Assembly: GCA_030141605.1 (NCBI GenBank)
Contig: JAQGDQ010000316.1
Location: forward strand, 210,671-274,670
Length of the DNA: 64,000 bases
From: Tubiluchus corallicola
Lineage: Eukaryota > Animalia > Priapulida
Direction of reading: 5' to 3'
In this document: positions 11,305-22,857 of the stretch, in pieces
Layout of the letters: every line of letters begins with the position of its first letter
How positions within the stretch are numbered: position 1 is the stretch's first letter
Notes under the pieces: model-generated
The model's database searches: none
What the model was told of the DNA's origin: nothing
Seen by the model: only the letters and a program-made list of their open reading frames with translations
Position numbers and translations under genes: made by a program

Positions 11305-14122
11305 TGCAACCTCGTCAGATCTAAAGTGTATTGTTGCACCGCAAATGCTCACTTCTGATCGAGTATTGTGGCATATTTTTTTTCTTTGTTCTTCCCGCCA
11401 ACACAACACCCCATCAGAGACAGATCCAGTTCCTAGACATTCCCATGAGAGGCTATTTACTGCCTATTAACAACTCAAAGAGCACAAAGATCAGTCTGGC
11501 AAGATGCAATTGTTCAATTCCTTTTTATATTCCCATCATTTGAAAAGTTACGTCTCCATTTTTCATTTGACTGTTTAAACCTTTCCAGCCAATTTGTTGA
11601 ATGGTTTTGTTTTCGTTTTTTTAAAGACATTTTTTTTAGAAATTCCGGGTAGGCATGAAGCCGCTCATGGTGAAGTGGTACAGGATTTGCGCTTGACTCT
11701 GACAGAGAGTGGTGGCAAGCAATTGGATACCTGGAAATATTCCAAGAAATATTCTTCTCGCCAAGCTACACACCCAATCACAAGTTTCTCCATGCCTCCC
11801 TATGAGAAGTTCACTTTCGCAGCAGGGGCATTTTTAGCTGTACTTTTCAACTGATCATGAACAACACCAACAGCTCAATGACCAAGCTACAAATAGCTAC
11901 AATTAGTTTTGCCTGACCATCACATCAACAATTAAGACAACAAAAATATTGTTTGGCTTTTTGTACGTTTTATTTCTATTTGTAGCATGTTTTTTGACCT
12001 TGTAATTTTTTTTTAAAAAACGTGTATTTAGAAATTTTGGAAGAGTGTGAATCTTCTCAACGTGAAGCGGTGCAGGATTTGCGCATACTTCTGACTGAGA
12101 GTGGTGGCGCATTGCTACATCCATTTATTTTTTTTACTATTCTTTCCGCCATCTAACGAACCCCATCAGAGATAGATCCATTTCCAGGATCTTCCCACGA
12201 GAAGCTAACTTCAGCAGCAGGCATAGTTTTTGACAGACTTTGTAGACTATGATGCACAACAAAAGCTTAGTGATTCTCGCATTAGTTTGCATTTTGATAC
12301 ACATCTTTTAAATCTATTTGCCACCTGTTTTGCGACCATGCAGTTTTTTCCTTTTTTTAAAAAGACACACACGTTCTGGGAGGCTGTAAAGCTTCTCAAC
12401 GTGAAGTGGTGCAGGATTAGCGCTTACCTCTGACAGAGAAGTGTGGCACAGAGCAATGCAAAACTTTTCTACCCGCCAATCAACACACCCCATCAGAATG
12501 CGATCCCAGTTTTCCAAGCCTTCCCACGAGAAACTCACTTTAATGGTATATATGTTTTAGACATGATTTTCATTTGACTGTGAGCAACACCAGCAGTTCA
12601 GGGAAGAAGTTGGCAAAAATGCAATGTATTACGTTAATTTTCATCTGTCCCGTTATTTGAACATTCATGAGTCGACTTTAATCTGATTTTTTTTATTGTC
12701 AGGCATATCTGTTTTGCATTATTATGCGCATTCAAAATATTTTTTAACAAAACACATGTTTTTATAGATTTTTGAAGGATGTGAAGTTTCTAGATGTGAA
12801 GCGGTACCGGGATTTGCGCTTACATTCTGACAAAGAGTGGTGGCTATAGCAACTGCTAGTGATATTTTTTTTCATTATTCTGCTCGCCATCGTACGCACC
12901 CCATCAGAGATAGATCCATTTCCGGGACCTTCCCACGAGAAGCTAACTTCAGCAGCAGGCATAGTTTTTGACAGATTTTGTAGACTATGATCCACAACAA
13001 AAGCTTAGTGATCAAGCAAGCAAAATGCATTAGTTTGCATTTGCTACAACTTTTAAATCTATTTGGCAACTGTTTCTTGACCAAGCAGTTTTTTCTTTTC
13101 TTAAATTGTGCAGAAATTCCGGGAGGCTGTAAAGCTTCTCAATGTAAAGCGGTCATGAATTTGCGCTTACCTCTGACAAAGAGCAGTGGCCACGGCAGTT
13201 ACTTTCATTTTCTTCTCGCCAAAAAACACACACCCTATCAGAGACATATCCAGGCCTTCGCATAAGAAACTCACTTCAATAGAAGACATATTTTTTAAAT
13301 TAACTATAATTAAGTTGTTAAAAATCAGATTGACAGAATACCATAGGTTCAAAACTCGTCTATCAATTATTTGAACGGTCAGGATTCTAATTTAATTTGA
13401 CTTTTTAAATTTTTAAACCAGTTTATTTGATTTTTTGTAAACTTGCATTTTTTTCCAAAACACACATTTTTTAAAATGTTTGGAGAGTAACAAGTTTCTT
13501 GATGTGAAGCGATGCTGGATTTGCGCATACCTCGGACAGAGAGTGCTGGCATGCAACCGCTGATAATCCTTTTACGCCAACAACATGCCCTACCAGAGAT
13601 AGATCATGTCCCCTACCCTTTCCATGAGAAGCTATATACTGTACATTTTTATGCCTATCTGTTTCAGGTTTTGCAATAATAAAACATTTTGCCCTTTAAA
13701 AACATGTACACTCAGAAACGCCGGGCGAGTATAATGCTTCTCAAAATGCAGGTATTATCATTTACCTCTGACAGAGCATGGTGACACAGCAGTGCAAGTC
13801 ATCAATTGCTTTATTTTCTTCTCGCCAATAACCCACCCTAGCAGAAACAGATCCAGTCACCTGTATCTTCTCATGAGAAGCCCACTTTACTTGCAGGGAC
13901 ATTGTTAAAGAAAAATGAAACACAGCAACAGCTGAGCAATATGTCCATTACTTGAGACAGATCCTAAAAAATTCCGAGAGGGTGTGAGACTTCTCAATGT
14001 GAAGAGGTTACAAGATCAGCACTTATTTCTGACAGGGAGAGATGGCACAGCATTTTTTTGCTGAATTTATATTTATTTTTTCTTGCCACATATGTACTCC
14101 ATCAGACAGAAAGATGGAGAAT
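11305..14122 (-). ncRNA. Array of about nine diverged structured (long imperfect hairpin) units inside the Helitron; candidate ncRNA array
   Basis: Units at about 11305-11454, 11659-11811, 12051-12206, 12390-12535, 12785-12944, 13133-13271, 13493-13633, 13735-13881 and 13989-14122 share self-complementary motifs. The repetition is certain; RNA function is inferred. Confidence 0.55.
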
Positions 14123-14677
14123 ATTACTATTAGAGAATATACAGAAATTTGAATAGGGTTGCAAAACATGATGTGCTCTTTTTCAAACAATTGCTTTTTT
14201 GCCAGGGAATGGTCAATAATACACGCTCGTACATGAATGCACAATTATAGTATCTTTTAATAAAGAAACCACTTTTTCAGAGCCACACGGGGCGGGGACG
14301 AAATAGCTCAAAATGAACAAAATGTTAATGTAGCCGTTTCAAATCTTTAAGTGTCTACTTCTTTTTGGCCACTCTTATTAATCAAAATATCTAAAGAAAG
14401 ACGGCAGTATCATTAACGTAACATTTGCCGACTAATTTTCTGATTCGTTCGGCATCAGTTTTTTTGTAAAACTTGCTATTTCTACCCCTGAATGCACAAT
14501 TAGCTGTTTCTTGCCTTTTACTTCCATCATGCCATTTTGCACATCGTTTGCTAACATTTTAATGCTAACCAACTGTCTTACTTGATTGGCAACAACATGT
14601 AGCTGTAAACTCTTTACTACTGTACATACCAATCTTTTGGCTCCATTAGTACATGTTTGTAAGCAATTCTTTGCATT

Positions 14678-17600
14678 TTACAGTACTTCTGTATATACTA
14701 CGTTTTGCGTGAATACATCATCCCTATTTTTCAACAAGTTACCTTGTTGCGCATTTTCCTCGATCATTATTTTGAGATCTGCGAAGCGTCTGACTCTACT
14801 CACGGCTACATACATTTGTCCATGAGTAAAAACAGGCCTCGGCAAGTAGATACCAACCTTTTGAAAAGTTTGACCTTGACTCTTGTTAATAGTCAATGCA
14901 AAGCTCAAACGGCAAGGGAACTGACGCCGAGTCATTTTAAATGGCAACTGGGTGTCTGACGGTGACAGAGTTACCCGAGGAATAAACACCCGCTTACCTC
15001 TGCTACAATTTTCAATATTGTCACAAATTAAAAAATTTTCGTGCATCTCTCTAACAATTAATCTGCAACCGTTACATAAACCTTGCCGTATATCTATATT
15101 TCTCAATAACATCACAATTGCACCCACCTTTAGCGTCAGCTTATGAGGCGGTAGACCTGATGGTGTCAGTTTGTTGATATATTCTGTTGGGTATGTTTCT
15201 GCCTGTTCCAGATCATTCTCGGCAATAGTATCAGCGCTAAAGTAAGTGCGTGCAATGCCATGAAGTCTGGTTAATACGTTTTCGTTAATTCGTAAGCAAA
15301 CATCGTTTTTCGATGTTAAAATCACATTATCTTTTAGCATTTCAGAATTTTGTATTTCATGTCCAAAAATTTCTGTAATAATGTCTGATACAGCCAGACA
15401 CGCTCTTGGTATTTTGACAGCATTAGGCTGATCAGGCACCTCTCTTGGATGTGTACCATCACCAAGCATCATTTGCCAAGAGACAAATTCCCTTTCGTCC
15501 ACATTAGCACGCATATTTTGAGTTAGACGACATTTTTTCACCGAAGGCCATGTCACAGCGTTTTTAATTGTGTTTTCAACAATGGCTGCTCTGCTTCCGT
15601 GTGGAACTACTGGCAAGGTTTGCCTAAAATCACCGCCAAATACTATGCATTTTCCACCAAATGGAACCGAGTTTTGCATCAGGTCCTGCAAAAATTTATC
15701 GATCGCATTAAATGCGTGCAGAGGAACAGTTGAAACTTCGTCTATTATGATCAATGACGAACGCTTCAGTTCTCGTGAATTCTTGTGCGTGTGCTTCAGA
15801 TCGCATATGGACGTTTCTAAAATGGGTACAGGCAATTTGAAGCGCCAATGAACTGTAGTTGCATCGTCCATCAGTGTCGCTGCTATGCCTGTCCATGCCA
15901 AAGGGAGAACGAGTTTATTTTCGCCTCGCAATACGTGGCACAGTGTCTGGTATAGAAAAGTTTTACCACTGCCACCTGGTCCGTCTACAAAGTAGCATCT
16001 TGCTTGCGGTACTTGTTCTTCATCTGCGGACTCAATTGTTCTCAATATGTCAGTGAATATTTTTTGCTGTGCCTCGTTCAACTTACACCTCATTTCACTT
16101 CCAATCCGTCGCTCCTCTTCAACATCGTAACCTATATTTTTCACGCTTTCCGTGACACTTTCATCTGGTTCTGGCAGATTAAAATCAGCCATGCAAAAAC
16201 CATGTTGTTCGATGGTTTTTCTGATTTCATTTAGCGCCATGTTTTCAGAAACTTGCGAGCTATGTTTTTTCAAAAAATCTTCGCAAAGGCTAACTTTAAA
16301 TTTTTTCCAAAGTTCGGCTGGGTTTGTTGGTTGCGACAGTGCACATAAGCAGGCAAATAAGAGTCTCAATTGCCGAGGCATCTGAAACGTGTTTGCTTCT
16401 TCCAGACAATGTTCAAACTCTGAATCATCTTGCACCAGTCTACGTTTCACTGCAGCTTCACGAAACGTATTGCATACAATTCCATTTACAGTGCGCAAAT
16501 GATCGAATGACTGTGGCCCAGGCACGTGCAACAACAGCATTCGCAAATAAAACCGTTCCACATCTCGTGGACTTACTGCATACATTCTGGATATTACCAG
16601 TTCGCCGCCACGCTGTCTGCGTTTCCAAGTGCATTTTTGTTTAACATACACATAATGTGTCGGAATCTCTTCGTAAAGATACTGCCTTGCTTCCTCATCT
16701 TCTACATTCAGTTTGAAAAATGCAGTCAGCATTGTTTCTTTTTCTCTTGCTCTGTGCAAAGCACCTTCCTCATCTCCTCTTACAAAGTAGACACTTTGTT
16801 GATTTGGTAAGTGCACTTGCAACCTGATAACGTTGTGAGTTTGGCCATGCATTTTGTATTCGTGCAAACGCCAAAAGCCTTCGATTGCAGAAACATATCT
16901 AAAATCTTGATATCGCTTAATCTCGTCATAATTCAGAACAGATTCACGACCTGTTTCATCACCTTCACTTATTTCCATTCGTGCACAATCGTGGCCTTTG
17001 TAAATATACTTGTATATATATTTTACCGCCTTTACACTCATACACAGCTCCACGTTTACGTGACAGTCGTACTTAAGACTGAGCCAAGGATTATATGGAA
17101 CAATCCAACGATTGTCTACAATAAAATTTTTGCCCTCAATAATCATGGTATGTCCACCATGTTCTGGTGAAGTGCGGCGGTACTTTGGATAACCGTCAAC
17201 ATTTGCGACTGTTTCCCTGCAGTACATTTTCGGGTAATGCTTACTGCATTCCCCGTCAATCATGCATGGACTGTTTTGATTGTAACCTTCTCCACACGGT
17301 CCATGTATCATGCACTTTTTCACAATTTCGTGCAGTTTAGGATTCTTCTGCTGGTCTGGAATTTCAGCACAAACAACTTTATCGATGTCTTCGCTGTTGC
17401 GAATTTTGTCGTCTTCTGACAAGACTATCAATAGGTGTGTGTGCGGGAGCCCGCGCTTTTGAAACTCCGTGACATGTATGACAGATAGTGGCTTTCCAAA
17501 GATCTGTCTCTTGTTTATGTCGTATAGTAATTCTTTCAGCTTTAGCTGAAACACTCTAGCAACCAAATCTGGCCTCATATATGGGTATTCTCCAGCTTTA

Positions 17601-18385
17601 AGATTTTCAGTGATCTCTTTCCACTTGGGATTAGCTGTAATTGTGAGGAATATGTCAGGTTTTCCAACATGTCTAACGGCTGCTATAGCATCTTGAAAAT
17701 GCTGATGCATGTTTCTTGGACTACCTGCAAAAGACGATGGCAACACCACTACCTTACCGGGTATGCAGTTTGTCGTATCAGCCTTGTTATAAATGTAATC
17801 CATTAGACCGGAATAGAGTTCTACACGCAACTGATTTTGATTTTTGCGTACGTAATACAATCTAGATGCTTCAACTTTGCAATACGCATCAACAATGAAC
17901 TGTTGAAATAATTTTCCTGCCAGGTGAATTGAACAATATGTGTCACGCAGTGCTAAACGATAGCAGTAGTACTGCAACATCGTCAGTGTCTGTCTTTTCT
18001 CAGTTCTGCATTGTTCTCGGTGTTTCATGCCTTCACGCCATCCTTGCTCACCATACGGAAATAGCAAGCAGTAGCACATTGGATCACAATTTGGACTCAA
18101 GATGCTAATTCTTTGACAGTCACCGCCTCGTTCGTATACCATTATGTCTCGCTCAAATGGCGGTGCGCCATCCAGACCAACAAATATAGCCGCCACTTCG
18201 TCAACAGCCGGAGCGTTGTATATTCTTGTATCCGGCCCTCTTTTATAACACATAGTAACTTCTTTTACTTGTCTACCTTCACTTGCAGCCTTCAGTCGTT
18301 CTTGCTCTACGACAGTTTGCATCTGCATAAACGATTTCGCAAAAGGATTTATTTCAGTAATCATGTCATGTAGATGAGCTAACAA
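14678..18385 (-). CDS. Helitron RepHel protein (HUH Rep + Pif1-like SF1 helicase), N-terminus missing
   Basis: Rep motifs FLTITANPKW, EFQKRGLPHTH and YIYKYIYKG; helicase motifs GPGGSGKT, IIDEVS, GGDFRQ, TINKSQGQT and HGQMYVAVSRV; 1235 codons without a stop. Confidence 0.97.
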   Translation of the reverse strand: MLAHLHDMITEINPFAKSFMQMQTVVEQERLKAASEGRQVKEVTMCYKRGPDTRIYNAPAVDEVAAIFVGLDGAPPFERDIMVYERGGDCQRISILSPNCDPMCYCLLFPYGEQGWREGMKHREQCRTEKRQTLTMLQYYCYRLALRDTYCSIHLAGKLFQQFIVDAYCKVEASRLYYVRKNQNQLRVELYSGLMDYIYNKADTTNCIPGKVVVLPSSFAGSPRNMHQHFQDAIAAVRHVGKPDIFLTITANPKWKEITENLKAGEYPYMRPDLVARVFQLKLKELLYDINKRQIFGKPLSVIHVTEFQKRGLPHTHLLIVLSEDDKIRNSEDIDKVVCAEIPDQQKNPKLHEIVKKCMIHGPCGEGYNQNSPCMIDGECSKHYPKMYCRETVANVDGYPKYRRTSPEHGGHTMIIEGKNFIVDNRWIVPYNPWLSLKYDCHVNVELCMSVKAVKYIYKYIYKGHDCARMEISEGDETGRESVLNYDEIKRYQDFRYVSAIEGFWRLHEYKMHGQTHNVIRLQVHLPNQQSVYFVRGDEEGALHRAREKETMLTAFFKLNVEDEEARQYLYEEIPTHYVYVKQKCTWKRRQRGGELVISRMYAVSPRDVERFYLRMLLLHVPGPQSFDHLRTVNGIVCNTFREAAVKRRLVQDDSEFEHCLEEANTFQMPRQLRLLFACLCALSQPTNPAELWKKFKVSLCEDFLKKHSSQVSENMALNEIRKTIEQHGFCMADFNLPEPDESVTESVKNIGYDVEEERRIGSEMRCKLNEAQQKIFTDILRTIESADEEQVPQARCYFVDGPGGSGKTFLYQTLCHVLRGENKLVLPLAWTGIAATLMDDATTVHWRFKLPVPILETSICDLKHTHKNSRELKRSSLIIIDEVSTVPLHAFNAIDKFLQDLMQNSVPFGGKCIVFGGDFRQTLPVVPHGSRAAIVENTIKNAVTWPSVKKCRLTQNMRANVDEREFVSWQMMLGDGTHPREVPDQPNAVKIPRACLAVSDIITEIFGHEIQNSEMLKDNVILTSKNDVCLRINENVLTRLHGIARTYFSADTIAENDLEQAETYPTEYINKLTPSGLPPHKLTLKVGAIVMLLRNIDIRQGLCNGCRLIVREMHENFLICDNIENCSRGKRVFIPRVTLSPSDTQLPFKMTRRQFPCRLSFALTINKSQGQTFQKVGIYLPRPVFTHGQMYVAVSRVRRFADLKIMIEENAQQGNLLKNRDDVFTQNVVYTEVL

Positions 18386-18586
18386 ATTTGGAATAATAAT
18401 AATTATAATGGTGCTGCTTCCACTACTTCATCAATTTGCATTTTTATGCTAATTTACTTGGTGTGATAATTAATATTTTCCAATAAACCCTTAGTCACCT
18501 AAAATTCATCGTTCGTTGCTCCTTGAACAACATTCGTTGCATTTCAATACACACTTAAAGTATAAGTTTAAGTTATACAGTATATC

Positions 18587-18587
<1 letters not shown>

Positions 18588-18667
<80 letters not shown>

Positions 18668-18674
18668 TAACAAC

Positions 18675-18747
<73 letters not shown>

Positions 18748-18876
18748 GTTTTAATGCCTTAGCGTGAACTAATTGTCAACTAACAATCTAGTTATCATAA
18801 ATTGACTGATTGGTATGCTGTAACATTGCTTGTCGTAGCATACAACTTGAGAATAATAATATTAATATAAGAGATA

Positions 18877-18910
<34 letters not shown>

Positions 18911-18939
18911 GGATGATGATGATGATGATGATTATGATA

Positions 18940-18982
<43 letters not shown>

Positions 18983-19080
18983 CGATGATGATGATGATGA
19001 TGACGACGACGACGATGATGATGATGATGACGACGATGACGATGACGATGACGATGACGATAACGATAACAATAATAATA
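18588..19080. repeat. (AAT)n and (GAT/GAC)n microsatellites
   Basis: Directly visible. Confidence 0.95.
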
Positions 19081-19127
19081 AGACACTTAAACTTGTTTAT
19101 AACTAATTTGTAGCCAAACTATAAGCG

Positions 19128-19333
19128 ATTTAGGGAGTACTTATATAATACTAAACTGTGTACAGATAAATAGAGAAATTAGTACTTACATTTATGACTG
19201 TAACTCAATATGGCGTCTAACACATTTATTATTGTATTTCAACATGTCGTCTAACATTGTACAATTGTTGTAAATAAGTAATTGCATCATGATGTTTTAA
19301 TCATTTGTTCTTTGCTTTTATTTATCTCTAGCT
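19128..19333. repeat. Dispersed repeat of about 205 bp, inverted copy at about 28180-28385
   Basis: TTTAGGGAGTACTTATATAATACTAAACTGTG...TTTATCTCTAGCT matches the reverse complement of 28180-28385. Confidence 0.85.
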
Positions 19334-19994
19334 AATGAACTACAGTAAAGATCAACAAAATATTAATAATACTGTTATTATTATGCTAGGTTTTGTAAAG
19401 CCTTGTTAATATTGCACTGTTTATTCTACTGATGTTCTAACACTATTCACAGATTCTCGTAAAGTAATACCGAAATGCGTGCAGCCGTGACGTTTACATT
19501 TTCAGCAGCAAATCTCTTGTAAATAATTCGTAGAGACCAAAGGTAGAATTCCATAAAGTACCTCTTTAGGGGGAGAATCACGCAGTGCGGGATTCTTCAA
19601 TTGCGCGCTCTTTTCACAACAAATCTCTTTTACGTGTAAATAGTTTGTGAAATCCAAGGGAGAATTCCTCGAAGATGTTTCTGGACAGAAGTAGCGTAGC
19701 GGGATTCTTTGATTGAGCGTTCGTCCAGAATTTACATTTAGCGAAGGGAATTTTCGTCTTTAGCTTTGCAGTAGTCGGATCGTATGTCACGTGGTTCCCT
19801 AGTGTGACATTCCGTCGTAATTCTGAGCTGTTCGAACTCGTAATGGAGCGAGGAAACCGAAAAGCTACTTGGACTTTGGGAAAGGCTTCAGTTAGGAAAT
19901 AAGAGCAGTGCAATAATCACCTACCTAATAGCTAGAATAAGAAAATGACTTACTCATGCAGGTACGGCGTTACGGATAGAAGTTAGTCTTGAAA

Positions 19995-20245
19995 CCAGAG
20001 GTTTAGTCTAGTGGTAATTCGTCTGCTTTCCGTCTGGGAGGTCGTGAGTTCGAACCAGCGGCCGGGTCATACCAAAGACTTTAAAAATGGTACCTGCTGT
20101 TGCCCTGCCTGACGCGTGGTATTTAGGGTAAAAGTGGGGTAATAATAGTCTCTGTTATGTAGTTGTAGGTCGTTATTTACAGTCGGTGATAATAGCTCTT
20201 TGAGCTAATGTTAATTGTTGACCCAAAAGCCGACTTTAAATAAAG

Positions 20246-20279
<34 letters not shown>
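19995..20279 (+). mobile_element. tRNA-derived SINE
   Basis: A box TAGTCTAGTGG, B box GTTCGAACC, conserved body ATACCAAAGACTTTAAAAATGGTACC and an (ATT)n tail. A second copy lies at 53900-54160. Confidence 0.85.
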
Positions 20280-20281
<2 letters not shown>

Positions 20282-20540
20282 ATCTGAATACAGAAACTAT
20301 TGCTGTATGTTCAATGATGTTGACGCAATAGACGATATTAAACAGAAGTTTTTCCTAAATTCAGTAGAGTAGAGTAGATTGCAAATATTTCAGCATTAAG
20401 AAGTAACATATGGAGTTTTTAACACACGTAATAGATATGATATGAACTGACAATAATTATGTCAAAAATAGCCGATAGAACAAGCAATTGTATGTAAATT
20501 ATATATGTATATATAATCATATATATATAATTTCTGTATA

Positions 20541-20583
<43 letters not shown>

Positions 20584-21639
20584 ATATATATATATATATA
20601 TGTGTGTGTATGTATAAATGTGTATATGTACATTATATACTATAAATATAGATAATGTATTTATATATGTTGTGTTTTGTTTCTCTCGGAAGGCTCGTAG
20701 AGAAAACAAGAAAACACGTTGTCAAATTGAACAGGTTTATTGTGTCAGAATTCCACAACACAAAAGTATAAAGGAACACGAAATGTGAACAGTCAAATGA
20801 TAGAAAAATAGCGTACCATAATCTGAGAATACGAGAATAAACTTGAGCGGTCAGCTTCGCCTCATATATCAGAGCAAATGGTCAACCACCAGAACAATCT
20901 AGAAAGTACTACGCGCATCGCGTATAGAAAACTCCCGAATCTTCTACAAGGTAAGAAGATTGTTCTACTATGCTATAGAATATTCCAGATCTCCACAACA
21001 ATATACCACTGGACTATACCTTATGGCGACAGTGTCCAAAATGTAGTATTAGGGGAACATTCAGTAAAATGCCTTTTAAAAGCTGTTAAGAGTTTTTCAA
21101 ATTTGCTTGTTTACAAATTGTAATGTATAATGTAAACATATATATATTTACGTTATACATTACAATTTGTATACAAGAAATTTTGGAAAACTAATAAAAA
21201 GCAATAGCGTCAAAATTAGTCAAACTAACAGCTAAACTAAAGCTAACTATTTTACAATTTAATCTACAGTAATTATTCAAAGTTGGTAGGACACAGAGTC
21301 AAATACTGCGGAAAATCATTTTGGGAGAAAGACGTTTTAACGTGGTATAATTATGTTTATTCATCTTTTTGAAAAGAAAATTATTTTTTCGGTGTTCTAT
21401 TTTCACATTTATTTAAAGTGGCTTAAAGTGACTTTAATTTACTTTTAAAATAGCTTGCAGTTTCGGTAGATTTCTAATTAGTCAGCAGGGAGTTCCAAAT
21501 ATATATCTATTATGCACCTTATACACTTAGTGAATTTTTTTCACGCATTTCTGTCTCTCCTTTCGCGCCTCGTTCCTCCCCCTCTTGCATTTATTCGCTC
21601 TCTCCTTCCCCCTCCACCTTTCTCCTCTTTCTAGACCCA

Positions 21640-22530
21640 TGCTTAATCTACTGTCCAGTGCAACTAAATGATTTTAATGTTGTTAGCATAGATGAGGTTG
21701 TAAATATAATTAAGAAATCGTCTTCCAAGCAGTGCGCGCTTGATTGTAATCCTCCTTAGCTCTTGAAGAACTCTCTGCCCTGCCTTGCACCACCTATCTT
21801 ACAAATTGTAAACTTACCATTGCTCCAGTCAGGTATATTCCCTTCGTCGTTAAACCATGCAGTAGTGAAGCCACTGTTAAAGTACATTCTTGACCCAGAT
21901 AACTTGACTAACTATCGACCAGCATTTTTCTGTTTAAGACAACAGCTTCTTATTCAAAACGACATCTTATTGGCTATTGATAAGAAACTAGTAGTTTGTC
22001 TGGTACAACTAGCTTTTGGGCGGGTTTTGATACGATTGATCACAAAATACTACTACGTAGATTCCAAAGTCGTTTAGGATTTTCAGGAATGGTGTAACGT
22101 TGGTTTCATTCGTGTTTGAGTAATCGGTCGCATTGTATTTCATTAGATAATGTAAGTTCGTTAACGGTAGAAATGCCTCATGGTGTGCCCCAAGGGTCTG
22201 TTCTAGGACCCATGCTATATGCAGTTTATGTCTTACCACTAGGTGATCCTATACATAAATTTCGGTTAGCGTATCACTTCTATGCTGATAGTAGCTAACG
22301 ATACATCTACATTGAGCCAAATGATCCTACTTCTGAATCTGACACCAAAGTTAAACTTGAACAGTGCGTTAAAGAAATCGCCTCTTGGATGGCAATCAAT
22401 TTTCTGGCTTTGAACGCGAATAAGACCAGATTTATTTACTCTGGTACATCTAGTCAATTGCCCAAACTGTCCAATCTGAGCCTCGCTGTGGGTGATGCAA
22501 CATTGACTTCTAGTAAAATTATATGGAGTA
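21640..22530 (+). mobile_element. Degenerate L2/CR1-type LINE reverse transcriptase fragment
   Basis: HAVVKPLLK..LDPDNLTNYRP, GVPQGSVLGP, HFYADS (YADD) and WMAINFLALNANKT, frameshifted. Confidence 0.9.
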
Positions 22531-22535
22531 GTCCC

Positions 22536-22857
<322 letters not shown>

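Larger units (their letters stand above)
10618..18391 (-). mobile_element. Helitron (rolling-circle transposon), 5'-truncated
   Basis: RepHel ORF. The minus-strand 3' terminus reads CGCAAA-tttt-TTTGCG-GGTTTCG-CTAG|T (CTAG at 10618-10621), the canonical hairpin + CTRR + T. That the whole span is one element is an inference. Confidence 0.8.

Noticed and set aside
11594-13374. Short ORFs and AG acceptor-like sites over the array units (e.g. EIPGRHEAAHGEVVQDLRL), read as repeated coding exons
   Set aside because: Homologous units contain stops and non-triplet indels, and conservation follows base pairing rather than codons.
11305-14122. Array as CRISPR, hammerhead ribozymes, RNase P/MRP, 7SL or Fanzor omega-RNA
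   Set aside because: Units are long and diverged with no cas or TnpB-like ORF. CTGATGG lacks the hammerhead CUGANGA/GAAA core, and GGGAAGGTC has no matching RNase P CR-V partner that I can find.
14432-14677. Short ORF directly after the RepHel stop
   Set aside because: No recognisable domain; it is not an endonuclease or Fanzor.
20668-21030. Solo LTR (TG...CA-like ends)
   Set aside because: No target-site duplication or second copy found.
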